Assembly (NCBI GenBank): GCA_963721455.1
Contig: CAVRJG010000023.1
Span: 1-18,099 of the forward strand
DNA: 18,099 nucleotides
Direction of reading: 5' to 3'
Source of the DNA: an uncultured Methanosarcinaceae archaeon
GTDB lineage: Archaea; Halobacteriota; Methanosarcinia; Methanosarcinales; Methanosarcinaceae
Every line of letters starts with the position of its first letter. Position 1 is the first letter of the stretch. The position numbers and the translations under genes were made by a program. Positions 8,929-17,944 of the stretch are shown one piece after another. Under the pieces are notes generated by a model, which made no database searches, was not told the origin of the DNA, and saw nothing but the letters and a program-made list of their open reading frames with translations.

Positions 8929-9183
8929 TTGAATGGCATAAACTACGAAAAACTTGAAAAGCTGCCTCCTTCGGCAAAGCTTGTATTTAAAACCCTTGAG
9001 GCAAAAGGGCAGATGACACAAAAAGAGATAATCCGTGAAACGATACTTCCTTCACGCACAGTCAGATATGCACTAAACAGGCTAAAGGAAGAAAAGATCT
9101 TAATGGAACGTTTTTATTTCATTGATTCACGTCAGAGTCTTTATGAAATAAATAGATCTGTAATCAGCGTTCTTGCCTTATGA
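8929..9183 (+). CDS. Small winged-helix (MarR-like) archaeal transcription regulator
   Basis: LPPSAKLVFKTL..GQMTQKEII.ET.LPSRTVRYALNRL..DSRQSLY. The natural start may be ATG 8898 (GGTGA RBS at 8887) with a frameshift in the T run at 8909-8913. Confidence 0.8.
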   Translation: MNGINYEKLEKLPPSAKLVFKTLEAKGQMTQKEIIRETILPSRTVRYALNRLKEEKILMERFYFIDSRQSLYEINRSVISVLAL

Positions 9184-9398
9184 ATTAAAAATGCTCTTTT
9201 GTGTAATTGGATCAAACTTTATTATAGATCCAAATTTTTAATTTTTGAGGTGTATAAAACCTCAAATTTTTTAAAAATTGTCGTTAATGTTTTCAACTCT
9301 TCTGCTGTTTAAATCTTTTCTGTTGTTTAAATACTATGAGTCCCGAATATGTTTTTTAATCAGAGTTATTCTTATTATTTTTATTTTTATTCTTATAA

Positions 9399-10993
9399 CC
9401 TGACTTTGACAGTTAGATAAAAATAAGTGCTCTTTGTTTTGTGTTATTCGGTCAAATGAATCTAAACACAAAACAGAGAGCATTTCCTACAATTCCGAAC
9501 AAGAATATATGTGTTCCTATCGGATCAATTCTTGCTGTCCAATCTTACTATGAAAAGCTTCATTTTTGTGATATTTTTGGCAAACATAAAAGCAAGGGTC
9601 TTGATCTCAATAGTTTATTGGTAGGATTGATTAGCTATAAGCTCACCGATAATTTCAGCATCAAGGAAGCTGGCAAATGGTTAAATCAGGAAGAAATTCT
9701 CGACATCTTAAACCTTGAAAGATTCCATGAAAGAGTTCTTTACAGAACCCTTGAAATCCTGGGGCGTAACAAAGAGGAAATCCTTTCGGATATTCTAAAC
9801 AGTCTATTTTCGATTTATGATTTTGAAGAGACGGATATAAACCTTGACTGGACGAGTATAGTTCTTCACGGCACTAAATCTACACTTGGAAAATACGGAT
9901 ACAGTAGAGATCATAGACCTGATAAGTTGCAGATAACAGTTGGAGTTAGTGAACTCAAGAAGCCCATAAACATACCTGTTGGAATCACAGTGAATAGAGG
10001 AAACGTTCTTGATCTGCAGCATTTTCCCGATACTTATAATCAGGTAAAAAGTAAACTTAAAGAAGGCTCTCTTATTGTTTTTGACAAAGGGGCTAATACA
10101 GCAGACAATATTAAGCTAATACAAGAAGATGAGATGAAGTATCTCACTTCCATGAAACTGAATACAAGTGACGAAAAAATTATTGAGAATTTCGATCCAA
10201 AAACAGCTGAACTGGTAGATTCCGAAAAAAGTATATATGGGATAAAAATCGTCAAGCCAAGTAGCATCAAGTATTTTTATTACTCTGAATCTTTACAGAA
10301 GAAACAGCTGGAATCTAAAGCAAGAACTGTTCTAAAGAAGTTACAAGAAGCAAAAGAGATCCAGGAAGTAATCATAAAGAATAAAAAGCTTCCCAAAAAA
10401 TTCAGAGTCAACAATGAGTTGATTGAGATTGATTACTCTTTCAGGACTAAGCTCGAAGAGCTTAGTGATGAGGAAGCAATAGAACTCCTAAAAAGTTCGA
10501 TAATTAATGGAAGAGAAGGATTTTTTTGTCTCAAATCGAACAAAGATTTGACACTTGAGAAAGCATTGGAAACATATCGAGAAAAGGATTCTATTGAGAA
10601 AATATTCAACTCGTTAAAAAACGAAATTCAGATTAAGCCATTGAGAGTGTGGTCAGACGATAGCATTTATGGAGCTATTCTACTGGGATTTATTGCTCAG
10701 TTATTCATATCGCTAATGCGATATGAATTTGAGGAGATTAAACATAGGTCCACAAAATTCATCAAAAAAAGTTTGATGAATTTGACACTTACAATAAAAT
10801 TCCTGAAAAATGGGGTCAAAAAGTATATTTTTGCTAATTTTGATAAGATCAATAGCTTAATTGTAACAAAAATGGGAACGATTCCGTAGAATATATAATA
10901 AAATTTTATATATTCATAAGTTTTGTCAAATCCATGTAAGCTAAAAATAGGATCGATTTTCACTATGAATTAGTAGATACTGTCAAACTTAGG
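9399..10993 (+). mobile_element. Complete IS1634-family element (1595 bp)
   Basis: IRs CCTGACTTTGACAGT and ACTGTCAAACTTAGG (13/15); no matching flanking direct repeat. Confidence 0.9.
9441..10889 (+). CDS. IS1634-family transposase
   Basis: LDWTS, YGYSRDHRPDKLQ, VFDKG, YREKDSIEKIFNSLKN, IKPLRVWS. Start may be ATG 9456. Confidence 0.92.
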   Translation: MLFGQMNLNTKQRAFPTIPNKNICVPIGSILAVQSYYEKLHFCDIFGKHKSKGLDLNSLLVGLISYKLTDNFSIKEAGKWLNQEEILDILNLERFHERVLYRTLEILGRNKEEILSDILNSLFSIYDFEETDINLDWTSIVLHGTKSTLGKYGYSRDHRPDKLQITVGVSELKKPINIPVGITVNRGNVLDLQHFPDTYNQVKSKLKEGSLIVFDKGANTADNIKLIQEDEMKYLTSMKLNTSDEKIIENFDPKTAELVDSEKSIYGIKIVKPSSIKYFYYSESLQKKQLESKARTVLKKLQEAKEIQEVIIKNKKLPKKFRVNNELIEIDYSFRTKLEELSDEEAIELLKSSIINGREGFFCLKSNKDLTLEKALETYREKDSIEKIFNSLKNEIQIKPLRVWSDDSIYGAILLGFIAQLFISLMRYEFEEIKHRSTKFIKKSLMNLTLTIKFLKNGVKKYIFANFDKINSLIVTKMGTIP

Positions 10994-11422
10994 ATGTATA
11001 AGATTAAAGAAGCACAGAACAAGCCTAATAAAAACCAAGATGGAACGCTTAATGAATTTGTAAATATTGTAGATGGATTTAAGGGCGCTCCATTTCCATA
11101 AAAAACTCCAATTAAATATTTTACTGGAGAATTGCCATTAAAAGAATTTAATTTAAAGAAAGATAGTAGAGTGAATGTACATAGGATAATAAAATTTGTT
11201 ACAAAATATGGTAACAAGTCTTTTAAATTTCTGAAATATAAAGTAATTTGGATTAGGTTTGTATTTTTTATAATGGAATAAATAGCCAGTGATAAAAAAG
11301 AATAAGGGCATATTAAATGTATGAATTACTGTTAAAAAAGATTGATCAAAATTATTATGTCCAAGTATAACCAATAGAATACCTATACCTTTTGTAACGT
11401 CAATCCATTTTTCATATGTCAT
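10994..11422 (-). pseudogene. Acyltransferase family 3 (polysaccharide O-acetylase), frameshifted and truncated by IS1634
   Basis: WIDVTKGIGILLVILGH, FNMPLFFFITGY, KFKRL/LPYF (shift near 11215), WFLLGLF; runs into the IS end at 10993. Confidence 0.88.
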
Positions 11423-11456
11423 AGCTTATACTCAATTTCCTTTCTTCAAATTATAT

Positions 11457-11573
11457 TAGGACTTACGCAATTGAACTGAGTAATCAATAGCATTAAACCT
11501 TCAACTATATAAAATACTAAGCCAGTCACAAGCCGAAAGTGCTTGATTTTGTATTTCAAGTGCGTAAGTCCTA
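11457..11573. mobile_element. 117-bp MITE with IS701-type ends
   Basis: TAGGACTTACGCAATTGAA ... TTCAAGTGCGTAAGTCCTA; the right 19 bp are identical to 4111-4129. Confidence 0.9.
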
Positions 11574-11588
11574 TATCATTAGAAAAGA

Positions 11589-11605
11589 TTTTTTGCAACG
11601 GAACC
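11589..11605. mobile_element. Solo IS6-type terminal repeat
   Basis: TTTTTTGCAACGGAACC reads GGTTCCGTTGCAAAAAA on the minus strand, like the IS6-family GGTTCTGTTGCAAA end. Confidence 0.7.
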
Positions 11606-11644
11606 TTAATTGTTACATCCTTTGAAGCTGCATTGGTACTTTGC

Positions 11645-11794
11645 GGTTCTGGTGCAAAAAATCTGGCTTTGTTGAAAAATCAGTGAAAAACTTCACAATT
11701 AGGAAAATTAATTAATAGTATCAAGGGAAAAATGACACACAAAGGTAAAAATTATAGTATCAAATTGTGGAAATATTATTTTTGCACCAGAACC
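11645..11794. mobile_element. 150-bp MITE with IS6-type ends
   Basis: Perfect IRs GGTTCTGGTGCAAAAA / TTTTTGCACCAGAACC; related copies at 13436 and 17070. Confidence 0.9.
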
Positions 11795-12111
11795 TAAAAA
11801 ATCGATAAATTTATATTGGTTTCTGTAGATTGTTATATACGCGAATAAGATCAATTAAAACAAGTGTTGAAACATTAGAAGAAGGATCCTACACTACTTT
11901 TGTATTATAAAAATTCGCGAGCAAGACCCCCAAAACAAGAATTGAAACATTACTGCAAGCATTGCAGCCATAATTGTTTGTCGATACGGATGCCAGAGAG
12001 CATTCAGTATTTGAGCTGAGAGAATAGAGCCACCTGTGTTTTTACTTCTGATTTTTTGGGTGGTTGTATGGAAGCGGCATATTGTATCATGGAATTGTAG
12101 AGGTGATGGAC

Positions 12112-12315
12112 ATGAACATAGAAAAAAAGAGCTTTCTAAGGTCATTAGGATTTGGGCGAGAAGTTTCGATAGTTGAAGAGTGTAGATGTCCGTTATGTGC
12201 GGAGAGAGTAGAAGAAGACGAATTCAGAAACGAAGTGTTTATGAGGGAATTCGAGAGTTCTGGGCTGTGTCAAGGATGTCAGGACACGGTTTTCGGATAT
12301 AGGGTAGTATGGTGA
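12112..12315 (+). CDS. Small Cys4 zinc-finger-like protein (67 aa)
   Basis: GAGGTGA RBS before ATG 12112; CPLC and CQGC pairs; hairpin downstream. Confidence 0.8.
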   Translation: MNIEKKSFLRSLGFGREVSIVEECRCPLCAERVEEDEFRNEVFMREFESSGLCQGCQDTVFGYRVVW

Positions 12316-12338
12316 CAGATCAATTGCGCGATTATTGA

Positions 12339-12385
12339 TTTTAAAGATAGATTCCTCTATCCTTAAAATACTTCTTTTATTTTCA
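12339..12385 (+). terminator. Hairpin plus T-rich tract after the zinc-finger gene
   Basis: TTTTAAAGATAGA-TTCC-TCTATCCTTAAAA (12/13 stem) followed by TTCTTTTATTTT. Confidence 0.5.
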
Positions 12386-12421
12386 ATGTTCTCAATTGAT
12401 GGAGATTTCTCAATTGATGAT

Positions 12422-13279
12422 GAGCCTATCCCAAAACTTCATTTAATCTAATTATTGCTGCTAACATCACGACTCCTAAATATGATGTCTCTTTAATTTC
12501 ATATCTTGGAAATACTTTCTTGCATGACTCTATCCAGCTAAAAAACCTTTCTACTATGCTTTTCCTTTTGTATTCTTCCTGATCTACCTTTATTGGTCTT
12601 CCTCTCTTCTTTTTCTTCCGATTTCTTTTATTTACTGGTATGTTGGATTTTATTCCTCTTCTCCTGTTATATTTTCTAATTTTAGCTGTATCATACATTC
12701 CATCAGCTGTTACTTTGGAAGGCCTGTTAACAGGCCTTCCTACAGGTCTCTTTATATTAAAATTTTTAAGTGTAGGTATATAAAGTGTTGAATCATTCAT
12801 ATTTGCAGGAACAACGATAATAGAGAGAGGTAGACCCTGTAAGTCTACTAAAACGCTTAATTTTATTCCTTTTACTTTTTTGTGTCCATCGTATCCGATA
12901 TTCCCCCTTTTTTAGCCGGAATATCCTTTGTATCAGTAAAACAATGAGAGATATCTATTTTCTTCAAGTCGTAACCTTTGTTTAAAAGTTCATTGAAAAT
13001 CTTCTGATAAGTACCATGTTCACACAAATAAAGATGAAATCTATGAACCGTTGACTTAGATCCATAGTGACGAGGAACGTCTTTCCACGTACAACCTGTC
13101 ATAACGACGTACAAAATACCGTTCATTAGCTTCCTCATATTTGCACGTGGCCTTCCTGTATATGGTTTCTGTGGAGGAAGATAAGGTTCTATGGATTTCC
13201 ATAGAATGTCATCGATTTCACGGAATGACATAAAAGTAGATTTATAATTTCAACATAATATTACTTTTGGGATAGGCTC
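12422..13279 (-). mobile_element. Complete IS5-family element (858 bp, two-ORF type)
   Basis: Perfect 15-bp IRs GAGCCTATCCCAAAA / TTTTGGGATAGGCTC; 3-bp target duplication GAT at 12419-12421 and 13280-13282. Confidence 0.93.
12426..13231 (-). CDS. IS5-family transposase, OrfA/OrfB joined by a probable programmed -1 frameshift
   Basis: OrfA W..IEPYLP..GRPR..NGILYV..TGC.W.DVP. Slippery A6G5 at 12903-12913. The -1 frame continues GYDGHKKVKGIK..ADGMYD..YKRKSIVERFFSWI. Confidence 0.9.
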
Positions 13280-13288
13280 GATTATAAA

Positions 13289-13406
13289 TAGGACTTACGC
13301 GGTTGAACTGAGAAATCAATAGCATTAAACCTTTAACTGTCTAAAGCACAAGTTTCACTACAATGTCCATTGTAGTTGATTTTGTACCTTAAGTACGTAA
13401 GCTCTA
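13289..13406. mobile_element. 118-bp MITE with IS701-type ends (more degenerate copy)
   Basis: TAGGACTTACGCGGTTGAACTGAGAAATCAATAGCATTAAACC ... AAGTACGTAAGCTCTA; homologous to 11457-11573. Confidence 0.88.
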
Positions 13407-13435
13407 TATTATTCAAATATATAAATGAAGTGAAT

Positions 13436-13584
13436 GGTTCTGTTACAAAAAATCTGGCTGTTTTACCAAATCAGTGGAAAACATCACAATTGGGATATTA
13501 ATATGTCATAAGCAGGTCAATAATAACACAAAACGAAATTATTATAGCCCAAAAGGGTAGAAAAATTATTTTTGCAACAGAACC
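13436..13584. mobile_element. 149-bp MITE with IS6-type ends
   Basis: GGTTCTGTTACAAAAA / TTTTTGCAACAGAACC; internal similarity to 11645-11794. Confidence 0.88.
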
Positions 13585-13919
13585 GAAAATACTACCTAAA
13601 AACATAGGCATTAGACAAATCAAGTATTTGAATAACATTATAGAGTAAGATCATAGATCTATAAAGCGAATCGTTAATCCAATGGTAGGATTTCAGTCTT
13701 TTCGATCTGCTAATAAGACTTTAAAAGGAATTGAAGCTATGAATATCATTAAAAAAAGACAAGTAAATGATCCAAATTACTCTGTTCTTAATAAAGTCAA
13801 ATACATTAATCAACTGTTTGGTATAGTTTTATAATGTTGGTACATTTTCCTTAAATATTTTGATTTTTATTCATTACTTATAGATTTACATATTTTTTAG
13901 AATTTTTTGCAACTGAACC
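13585..13919 (+). pseudogene. IS6-family transposase C-terminal remnant plus right IR
   Basis: IRQIKYLNNIIE*DHRSIKRIVNPMVGFQSFRSANKTLKGIEAMNIIKK..QLFG (TAA at 13646 replaces the Q of EQDHR; ORF ends 13834); right IR TTTTTTGCAACTGAACC ends at 13919. Confidence 0.88.
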
Positions 13920-14073
13920 CAAATTAGTATATAATATATATGAGTTATTTTATATAAACAAAGAGATCGAGATTACATATTGGTAACTGATTTTTGACGA
14001 GTCCGGCGTCGAATATCCTAGAAGCAATGAACTTTTTTGCCTTTACACTCTACAAAGTAGGAAAAGATGTGGA

Positions 14074-16611
14074 ATGAAAAAGAGCCTGAGAAAGTCTGGT
14101 ATTGATATTATTGGAGATGTGCGATGGGGAACGCACTTTTGCCAGTTCTATCAAACAAAAGAAGATCTAGTGGACGTACTGATTCCCTACTTTAAAGCAG
14201 GGTTGGAGAACAACGAGTTTTGCCTCTGGATTACCTCATATCCTCTGGAAATAGAAGAGGCAAAAGAAGCCTTGAGAAAGGCTGTTCCTGATATCGATGC
14301 TTATCTGGAGAAAGGACAAATCGAAATTATCTCTTACACTTCCTTGCACGTAACTGGGAGCATTTACGATTCGGAAAGGGTTATAAATGGCTGGATTGAA
14401 AAACTCAATCATGCTCTGGAAAGTGGCTATGAGGGGCTGAGGTTGAGTGGAAACACTTTCTGGCTGGAAAAAAAGGATTGGAGCTATTTTGTAGATTACA
14501 TGGGGAAATTTGATGATATTATCTATAAAAACCGAATGATAGTTCTGGGCTCATACTTTGTCGGCAAGTATAGCACAACCGAGATTATTGAAATAGTCTC
14601 CAACCATCAATTTTCTTTGAGCAAAAAGGAAGAAAAATGGGAAAGGATAGATAATATTGGACGGAAGAAAGCTGAAGATGCAGTTTTTCAAGCCACAAAA
14701 AATTGGGAACATACCTTTGATGCAGTGCCAGACCTGATATCCATAATCGACGGTAATTATCGAATTGTTCGTGCAAACAAGTCAATGGCGGCAAGATTGG
14801 GAGTAACACCAGAAGAGTGTATAGGGTTAACCTGTTATCATGTTGTCCATGGGACGGACGAACCGCCCTCTTTTTGTCCGCACAGGCAGGTGCTTGAGGA
14901 CGGACTGGAATACTAAAGAAGTTCGCGAAGAGGTTCTGGGTGGGGATTTCGTAGTAAGTGTCTCGCCATTACATGATCCGGATGGAAAAGTCACTGGGTG
15001 TATTCATGTTGCTCGTGACATCAAGAACGCAAGCGTGCGGAGGAAGCACTGCGCCAGAGCGAAGAGCGTGAGCGAGCTCGCTCGAATGAACTGGCAGTAG
15101 TATTGGATGCAGTTCCTGTCGCCGTGTGGATAACACACGATCCCCAGGCACTTCAGATAATTGGGAATCGTCTCTCCTATGAATGGCTCCGAATTCCTGA
15201 GGGTGCAAACGTGTCCAAATCCGCTCCTGAGGGGGAGAGACCCGAGACGTTTAGAATGTTCAAGGACGGGGTAGAGCTCCAACCTGAAGAGATGCCGGTG
15301 CAGATGTCGGCTGCAGGCACAGAGATACGCAACTACGAGTTCGATATTGTCTATACTGACGGTACGGTGCGACACGTATTGGGTAACGCCAGACCCTTGC
15401 ATGACGAGCAGGAGAACCCATACAGGGTCTGTTTCTGCATTCATAGACATCACCGAGCGCAAAAGAGCAGAAGAAGCTCTAAAAAAAGCACATGAAAGTT
15501 TAGAAGAAAAAGTTAAAGTGCGTACGTCTGAGCTTGAAGAAGCTTATCAGGCATTAATGGAAAGTGAAAAAAGTCTTGCTGAAGCTCAAAGAATGGCACA
15601 CCTTGGAAATTGGGATTGGAATATTGTAACCGATAGATTATACTGGTCTGATGAAAGTTATCGTATTTTTGGGCTTGAACCTTCAAGAATTCGGCGCAAC
15701 TTACGATTCATTTTTAAGTTATGTGCATCCAGACGATCGAGACTATGTGGATAATGCCGTTAAAGAAGCTTTAAGCGGAAAGCCCTATGACATTGATTAT
15801 AGGATTATCTCAGCCAATGGAGAAGAACGCATAGTCCATGCACATGGAGAAGTCATTTTTGATGAGGAAAATATTCCTGTTCGAATGAGAGGAACAGTTC
15901 AGGATATTACTGAGCGTAAGAAGGCTGAAGAAGCTCTGGAAAAAATAGATAGAAGCCCACATAAAAGAAATCCACCATAGAATCAAGAATAACCTGCAAG
16001 TAATTTCATCTCTGCTTAGCCTAGAGGCTGAAAGATCCAGTGATGCAAAAATGCTTGAATCTTTCAGGGAGAGCCAAGATCGTGTAGCTTCAATGGCTCT
16101 GATTCACGAAGAACTCTACAAAGGAAATGAATTGGACACCCTTGATTTTGCAGCTTATCTTCAGAAGCTGGCTGCAGATCTTTTCGGTTCATATAATCTT
16201 AGTAATAATATTAGCCTGAAACTGGACCTCGAGCAAATTTATCTTGGAATGGATACTGCAATACCTCTAGGAATTATTGTGAACGAACTGGTCTCAAATT
16301 CCCTGAAGCATGCTTTCCCCGCTGGAAGATCAGGCGAAATCTACATAAACCTCTGCAAAAAAGAGAGTTTTGCCGCAAACTATGATATTCCCGGTCCGTG
16401 TCCGTCCTGTATGGAAAAAAATGGATTCCATTACGTACTCATCGTAGCGGATAACGGAAAAGGCATCCCGGAAAAAATAGAGTTCAAAAATGCGGATTCT
16501 CTTGGACTCCAGCTTGTAAACATTCTTGTTGAACAGGTAGACGGCTGTATGGAACTAAAAAGGAATCATGGAACAGAATTCACTATTTGGTTTAATAATA
16601 TAGATAAATGA
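14074..16611 (+). pseudogene. MEDS-PAS-PAS-PAS-HisKA_2-HATPase sensor histidine kinase with five frameshifts
   Basis: MEDS WGTHFCQFY..LRLSGN; PAS/PAC segments ending in DI(TERK); H-box EIHHRIKNNLQVISSLL near 15967; NELVSNSLKHAF, DNGKGIP, SLGLQLV. Shifts near 14912, 15023, 15424, 15678 and 15952. Confidence 0.92.
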
Positions 16612-16647
16612 AAATTTAAACACTTCAGATTTGATATCAAAAACTTC

Positions 16648-16818
16648 TTTCCAAAACTTTCACCAAGGCTTATTATTTCCATGTTTTCCGATAGGAACTT
16701 AATATTTAACCTGCTGTTGTCCTGGATCAAGGTTTGAATATGAACCGCTTGCTTATGCATATTCTCATTTAGCTTTTCTTTCTTGTCATCCTTGGCGTGC
16801 AGCTGGTCATAAAGTGCC
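16648..16818 (-). pseudogene. C-terminal remnant of a coiled-coil protein with a KPWWKFW-type tail
   Basis: ALYDQLHAKDDKKEKLNENMHKQAVHIQTLIQDNSRLNIK..ENME then, after a shift, NNKPW*KFWK (TGA in place of TGG). Confidence 0.6.
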
Positions 16819-17069
16819 TATAGTCGCATAATCAATTAACATACAGTTGACGATTTTTAATTTTTGAATGCCATATAAAGGATTAACTTCATTCTTCTTT
16901 TATTTTCTAGATAAGTCGCATGTTGTCGAAAGGTTGCCTTTTTTGCCTGGATATCGGCCCAATCTGAGGGCATGCTTTCCTCCTTTGATGTCACAAATAG
17001 GAAAATGCATACCATAGAGTGCAGGAACTTTGTAAAATATTTATACTTTATACAGTTTGATGCGGGGCA

Positions 17070-17218
17070 GTGGGCAGTGCAAAAAATCTAGCTTTGTTGC
17101 AAAATCAGTGTAAACCTTCACAATTAGGAAAGTTAATCATTCCTATCACCGGAAAATGGTACACAAAGGTAAGAATTATAGTATCAAACTGCGGAAATAT
17201 TATTTTTGCACCGGAACC
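17070..17218. mobile_element. 149-bp IS6-type MITE copy with a variant left end
   Basis: Body homologous to 11645-11794; right end TTTTTGCACCGGAACC; left end GTGGGCAGTGCAAAAAATC. Confidence 0.85.
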
Positions 17219-17474
17219 AAAATTCCTTGTAATAATTGAAGAGCAGCAAGCCGAAGGAAATGCAATCCGGACTGACGAGTGGAAGGCCATTCTGGAAGAA
17301 CTTCAGATAGGTCGTGCTTCATTTTATGCAATGCACAATAAATTGCTTGGAGCAGGGCTTATCTCGATAAAGAACAAAGAATACAGGCTTTCAGGCTAGT
17401 TTTCAAAGGATCTTCTGGGTATGGCTCGCTGGTGGTGGACTGCAATTCTCAATCATCCAGAGGAAAACCTGTAA
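17219..17474 (+). pseudogene. 3' part of a winged-helix-like protein gene with an in-frame TAG
   Basis: [66 protein letters not shown] (TAG 17397-17399, TAA 17472-17474). Confidence 0.65.
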
Positions 17475-17600
17475 TGGAAGTATAACTTCTTTGTTGTTAA
17501 ATTAGAAATCCAGATATAATTCTGAACTAATCGGTCTCTTCGTTTAACGTCTTGTTCCAACAACTTCTCAGCCATTCAAATGGAAATTTTCTGTAAAAAT

Positions 17601-17619
17601 GATTTTTTGCACTGCCCAC
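17601..17619. mobile_element. Terminal repeat perfectly inverted to 17070-17088
   Basis: GATTTTTTGCACTGCCCAC is the exact reverse complement of GTGGGCAGTGCAAAAAATC. Confidence 0.85.
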
Positions 17620-17747
17620 GCCTTTATACCAAACTCTTTAAAAAATAGGAGTAGCTTAGAAAGTGAATTCATGACTTTATATACTTGATTCATGAGGGGA
17701 TATTCATAATAAATAGCTTACCTAAGGCTCCACAAGCCGTTTTTTCA

Positions 17748-17944
17748 TTTTCTACAGAGAATTATAACAGGAACTTATAAAGCATTTTTTATTGACTAAA
17801 TGATCAATTTCCAGTGGAGAATGATAACAGGAGTTTACAAAGTAAATTTTCTTGATTATATTACGAGTTTCCGGTGGAGAACAATAACAGGAGCTTACAA
17901 GTTTTATCTCCAATAATTTTTGTTCTTTTACTTTTCCAGTGGAA
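17748..17944. repeat. 60-bp-period degenerate repeat array with ORB-like boxes (candidate replication origin)
   Basis: Units start at 17748, 17808, 17868, with a partial unit at 17933. Conserved part TTTCCRGTGGAGAAnnATAACAGGARYTTAYAA (first copy degenerate in the box); AT-rich linkers. Confidence 0.8.

Noticed and set aside
11894-12145. 83-aa minus-strand ORF, and the 12064 start for the Cys4 gene
   Set aside because: The minus ORF overlaps the better-supported plus gene; the RBS position favours ATG 12112.
12389-12419. Direct repeat TTCTCAATTGATG x2 beside the IS5
   Set aside because: Not the target duplication (that is GAT); no downstream gene to regulate; probably local slippage.
12872-12913. 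IS5 transposase as a pseudogene
   Set aside because: The break coincides with an A6G5 slippery site typical of two-ORF IS5 elements, and the IRs and target duplication are perfect.
14585-15462. Minus-strand ORFs within the kinase, and the TAG at 15098-15100
   Set aside because: Antisense shadows; the TAG is out of frame once the shift near 15023 is corrected.
17748-17944. CRISPR mini-array (about 35-bp repeats, 25-bp spacers)
   Set aside because: The first two linkers are 15/25 identical to each other, the repeats are degenerate, the spacers are short, and there are no cas genes in the window.
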